From Thermodesulfobacteriota bacterium (lineage in GTDB: Bacteria > Desulfobacterota > Desulfobacteria > Desulfobacterales > C00003060), in assembly GCA_034189385.1 (NCBI GenBank), contig JAXHVD010000003.1, forward strand, positions 157,336-221,335: a stretch of DNA of 64,000 nucleotides. The letters are read 5' to 3'. Position numbers and translations under genes: made by a program. The notes below the pieces were generated by a model. It was not told where the DNA came from. It ran no database searches and worked only from the letters and a program-made list of their open reading frames with translations. Below are positions 60,986 through 64,000 of the stretch, one piece after another. The first letter of the stretch is position 1, and each line of letters opens with the position of its first letter.

Positions 60986-62281
60986 TCATTCTCCGGTAGC
61001 GCCCTTTATTTCTTCCATGATCGACCAATGTCGCCAGAACGGGAGAATGGTCAATGTCAAGTCTCCCATTTGTTCAACTCTTTCCTCAGCCCCGGAAACG
61101 ATGAAACACCGGCTGCACTGGAAGCGTCTGCCGAATCTTACCAGGGGTTTTATATCGCCTGTTTTGATCTTTTCCCTTATCTTGATCTCAACGGGCACTA
61201 TGGTGCCGGCGCGATCTATAACCAAATCAACTTCTTCTTTCTGGGGTGAGCGGTAAAAGAAGCGTGCCTCAAATAGGTCGGCAAAATAGCCCTCCAGGAG
61301 TCTATGGAAGCCAGGTTCATCTGCCCTCAGGGCTGAGGTAAATCCAGTGTTGGAGAGATAGAGGCGCTTCAGTTTCTTTTCACTGGTCAGCTTGTTGCTT
61401 GAAAAGTTGTACAGCTTTGTGACGAGCAGTGAATAGGCGAGATAGGAGACATAGCCGGAGATCGTCCGTTGGTCCACTTTGAGGTCGTTGGCTAGATTCT
61501 TGTAATCCAGATACATGCCGGGGATGTCTGCAGTGATTTCAAGCAAGCGAAATAGGAGTTGAGGGCGGGTGATGGGAAAAGACTCTGGAATGTCTCTGAA
61601 GATTACACGTTCAAGCAGGCTTTCTCTAAAGTATTTCTTAAGGACAAGGTCTTCGAAATCTGCGGCTTCGATGAATCCACCTTTCTTCACATACTCTCGG
61701 AACATGTTTATGATTTCTAGTTTGTACAGATCTTCTCTTGTCTTGTCGATGGACACCCCCTTGAACTCCAGAAACTCATCAAAGGTGAAGGGCTTTATGG
61801 AGAATTCAAAAAAGCGGCCTGCCAGGCTTTCCTTGGTCTCCTTCTTTAGGATGAGAGCCGCAGACCCCGACAAGACGATCTTGAGGTTCGGGTATTGGTC
61901 ATATAGGAGCTTCACCTTGTTGAACCAATCGTCCAGTTTTTGAATCTCATCCAAAAAGAGATACACCCGGCCTTCTTCATCCAACCTGTGTTTCAGGACA
62001 TCCTGCTGGTATGTCTCAAGTAGTTGGTCCAGGCTGAGGGACTGTTGGTCAAATGAGAAATACAATATGCAAAGCGGGTTGACCTTTCTTCTTGTAAGCA
62101 GGTCGTCAATGAGCTGGTACATGAGAGTCGTCTTTCCAGCCCGTCTCAGTCCAAAGAGCACGAGGATCTGTCTGTAATCAAGGAATGAGGCTATTTGACC
62201 AAAAACGTGGCGTTTTTGCCCAACCTGCCCTCGTGGAACCCTCGCGGTCCTCCACCAAGGGTTGAATGCGTAGACGTGCAT
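60986..62281 (-). CDS. AAA_14 ATPase with DUF4143 and C-terminal PD-(D/E)xK-like motif
   Basis: NPWW, GLRRAGKTT, FLDEIQ, SGS, ESLAGR, GGF, KRLY..NTG, EVDLV...PVEIK. Confidence 0.9.
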   Translation of the reverse strand: MHVYAFNPWWRTARVPRGQVGQKRHVFGQIASFLDYRQILVLFGLRRAGKTTLMYQLIDDLLTRRKVNPLCILYFSFDQQSLSLDQLLETYQQDVLKHRLDEEGRVYLFLDEIQKLDDWFNKVKLLYDQYPNLKIVLSGSAALILKKETKESLAGRFFEFSIKPFTFDEFLEFKGVSIDKTREDLYKLEIINMFREYVKKGGFIEAADFEDLVLKKYFRESLLERVIFRDIPESFPITRPQLLFRLLEITADIPGMYLDYKNLANDLKVDQRTISGYVSYLAYSLLVTKLYNFSSNKLTSEKKLKRLYLSNTGFTSALRADEPGFHRLLEGYFADLFEARFFYRSPQKEEVDLVIDRAGTIVPVEIKIREKIKTGDIKPLVRFGRRFQCSRCFIVSGAEERVEQMGDLTLTILPFWRHWSIMEEIKGATGE

Positions 62282-62549
62282 ACTATTACCTTCTAATGTA
62301 ACTATTTTTAAAATGTAATTACATTATAATGCTATTGACGTCATGTCAACCCGCTTTTCCTGTGTCCAAGGGGCATGGAGGCCACACCTTGATTTCTGAT
62401 TGAAAGTTGAAAGGGATTGTTCCCAGTGGTGGCGGAAGTGGTATTGGCAAGCTAAACTTTCAATATCATTGGCTTATAATGTGAAGTGGCCGAGATGGCT
62501 GGCCATTGGGTTCCGATAGGTGGGTATTCGAAGGTAGGGTTCCGAAATC

Positions 62550-62795
62550 CTACGCCTTCTTCTTTCTACTTACGCCTTGCTCCTCCTCCGCCCTCCGTCG
62601 TCTCTATCCCTTCGTCCCCGATTCTCCGCCTCCCCTTTTCGCCTTTCTTGTCTTCGCTTCTCCCCCTATGCCTTGCGCCTCATGCCTTACGCCTTTTGCC
62701 TTTCTTGCCTTCCGTCCTCCGCCCTCCGTCGTCTCTATCCCCTCGTCCCCGTTTCCCCGACTCCCCCTTTCCCCCTCTCTGCTTTCTCCCCCCCA
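62550..62795 (+). repeat. Pyrimidine-rich modular repeat R4
   Basis: Internal 37-bp duplication 62584-62620 / 62715-62751; GCCTT(A/G)C and CCGTCGT units. Confidence 0.85.
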
Positions 62796-62985
62796 AAAGG
62801 GTCTTCTAAGCCGTGAAACCACCCCATTTCTGAGTCTTCACTGTGTTATATTCACTGGTTCGCTTGGTCCGACCCGCAAACTTCAAACCAATTTTGTGTA
62901 TAATCAGGAAGATAACCGGCTTCGCTACGCTTGCACCCAGGCTTCTTTGCTTGACTTTCGGGCCTTGCTGTCCGATAATATTATT

Positions 62986-63543
62986 ATGATCATAACCTAC
63001 CAAAGAGAAAAGCTAATAAATGCAGTTATTTATTTTGCTGCCCACACCAGGTATTGCGGCAAAACGAAACTGCTCAAGCTTTTGTACTTTCTTGACTTTT
63101 TCCACTTCAAACAGACGGGCAAGTCCGTAACCGGCCTGGACTATTTTGCCTGGCAGATGGGGCCAGTCCCGAAAGATTTGTTTGAAGAACTTTCCGGCCC
63201 GATGAAGCCTGATATGAAGGCCGCCATACACGATCTGCCCGAAGAAGGCTTTCAGCAGATCAAACCTAAAAAGAGGTTCGACCCCCAGTATTTTTCAAAA
63301 AAGGAAATGAAGTTGCTCGACGAGCTCTCCTTTGTCTTCAACGACGCAAAGGCGGATGCCATGGTCGAGTCCACCCATCTTAAAAACGAACCATGGGACA
63401 GGACGCTTAAAGAGAAAGGTGAGTTTCAAAAAATCGACTACATGCTTGCTATCGATAGCGAAGTCGTCAGCCTACCCTACGATGAGGCCAGGGAGCGTCT
63501 GGAAGAACGCTCAGAGATGATGAAGATATTTGGAGCGAGGTAA
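62986..63543 (+). CDS. Panacea (DUF4065/SocA-like) antitoxin
   Basis: KL..AVIYF...GKTKLLKLLYFLDF.HF..TG..TGL.Y.A..MGPVP, STH...PW; ATG 62986. Confidence 0.85.
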   Translation: MIITYQREKLINAVIYFAAHTRYCGKTKLLKLLYFLDFFHFKQTGKSVTGLDYFAWQMGPVPKDLFEELSGPMKPDMKAAIHDLPEEGFQQIKPKKRFDPQYFSKKEMKLLDELSFVFNDAKADAMVESTHLKNEPWDRTLKEKGEFQKIDYMLAIDSEVVSLPYDEARERLEERSEMMKIFGAR

Positions 63544-63990
63544 TTGCAGACCCGAGGGGCCATCTACCATCACAGGCAGTTGGTCTTTCACAACGGATTT
63601 GTCGGCAAAAAATATCTTATTCTTTTAAACACCCCAGGCAAGAACGAGCCTTACCTCTTCGTCAAAACCACGTCTCAAAAAAAGGACAAGGCCACAACGC
63701 CAGGATGTATCAAAAAACGCAGCCTGTTCTTTATCCCTGCCGGCAAAACGTTTTTCAAGCTTGATACCTGGGTACAGCTCTTCGAGATCTATGCCATCCC
63801 GGCCGAGGATATCGACACAAACAAAGACATCACCGTTGAAGGAAGCCTTGGCGTTAAGATGATCGACGATATCGTCAACTGCCTTTTTGAGGCCGAAGAA
63901 GAGAACATCTCCCCAATACACAAGAACCCATTGCGGCGGCCGTTTCAAGAGTCCTTGCTGAAACTCAAAGAAAAGTTTGGCAAAAGCTGA
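63544..63990 (+). CDS. Putative toxin, PemK/MazF-like fold
   Basis: Abuts Panacea stop; RG.IY...KKYLILL...FVKTTSQ...DTWVQL..I...GSL pattern recalls PemK/MazF. Confidence 0.55.
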   Translation: MQTRGAIYHHRQLVFHNGFVGKKYLILLNTPGKNEPYLFVKTTSQKKDKATTPGCIKKRSLFFIPAGKTFFKLDTWVQLFEIYAIPAEDIDTNKDITVEGSLGVKMIDDIVNCLFEAEEENISPIHKNPLRRPFQESLLKLKEKFGKS

Positions 63991-64000
63991 TAAACAGCAG

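Noticed and set aside
62370..62550. Possible IS-end remnant (GGGTTCCGA twice)
   Set aside because: No partner inverted repeat or transposase fragment found.
54610..62795. CRISPR array or integron attC interpretation of the repeats
   Set aside because: No constant-length repeat/spacer periodicity, no cas or integrase gene, no RYYYAAC..GTTRRRY palindromic sites recognised.
62506..62985. 160-aa Pro/Phe/Ser-rich N-terminal extension of the Panacea ORF
   Set aside because: It is the translation of pyrimidine-rich repeat R4; family similarity begins at ATG 62986.

Overview
Bacterial chromosomal window, most likely a selenocysteine-using Desulfobacterota (deltaproteobacterial) anaerobe, judged from gene content (HdrA/MvhD, UGA-interrupted redox genes, an 'MARKPSYEALQQRVKELE' kinase leader). 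Four blocks: (1) ~1-19 kb, a light/oxygen-stress island (fatty acid desaturase, ufaD/ufaO/cfa-like lipid genes, DUF1295, DUF2177, two DUF1499, Sec-peroxiredoxin, Sec-rhodanese, DODA dioxygenase, class II CPD photolyase, FeS-type PhrB photolyase). Four of its promoters, plus one at a usp gene at 41 kb, share an unannotated motif AAATACA-N6-ACCC(C/T)AT with a second TAC 22 bp upstream. (2) 24-35 kb, a minus-strand redox operon in which an HdrA gene is split at its ferredoxin insertion by a NuoE-NuoF-NuoG(N-term) module, followed by Sec-MvhD, FdhA and FrhB-type FdhB, with no hdrBC. This is the best candidate for an undescribed system. (3) 35-53 kb, mixed genes (radical SAMs, ThrRS editing domain, multi-HTH protein, OYE, mlaEFDC with MlaF fused to a degenerate GGDEF domain, homocysteine methyltransferase). 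(4) 53-64 kb, an accessory region with an IS110 remnant and its long 3' non-coding end, higBA, a 201-bp MITE, a P-type ATPase, two AAA ATPases and a Panacea/MazF-like pair, separated by strand-biased modular pyrimidine-rich repeats. Four genes have in-frame TGA codons at conserved redox Cys positions, each followed by a SECIS-like hairpin. No rRNA, tRNA or CRISPR array was seen. All family calls are by motif recognition, not database search.
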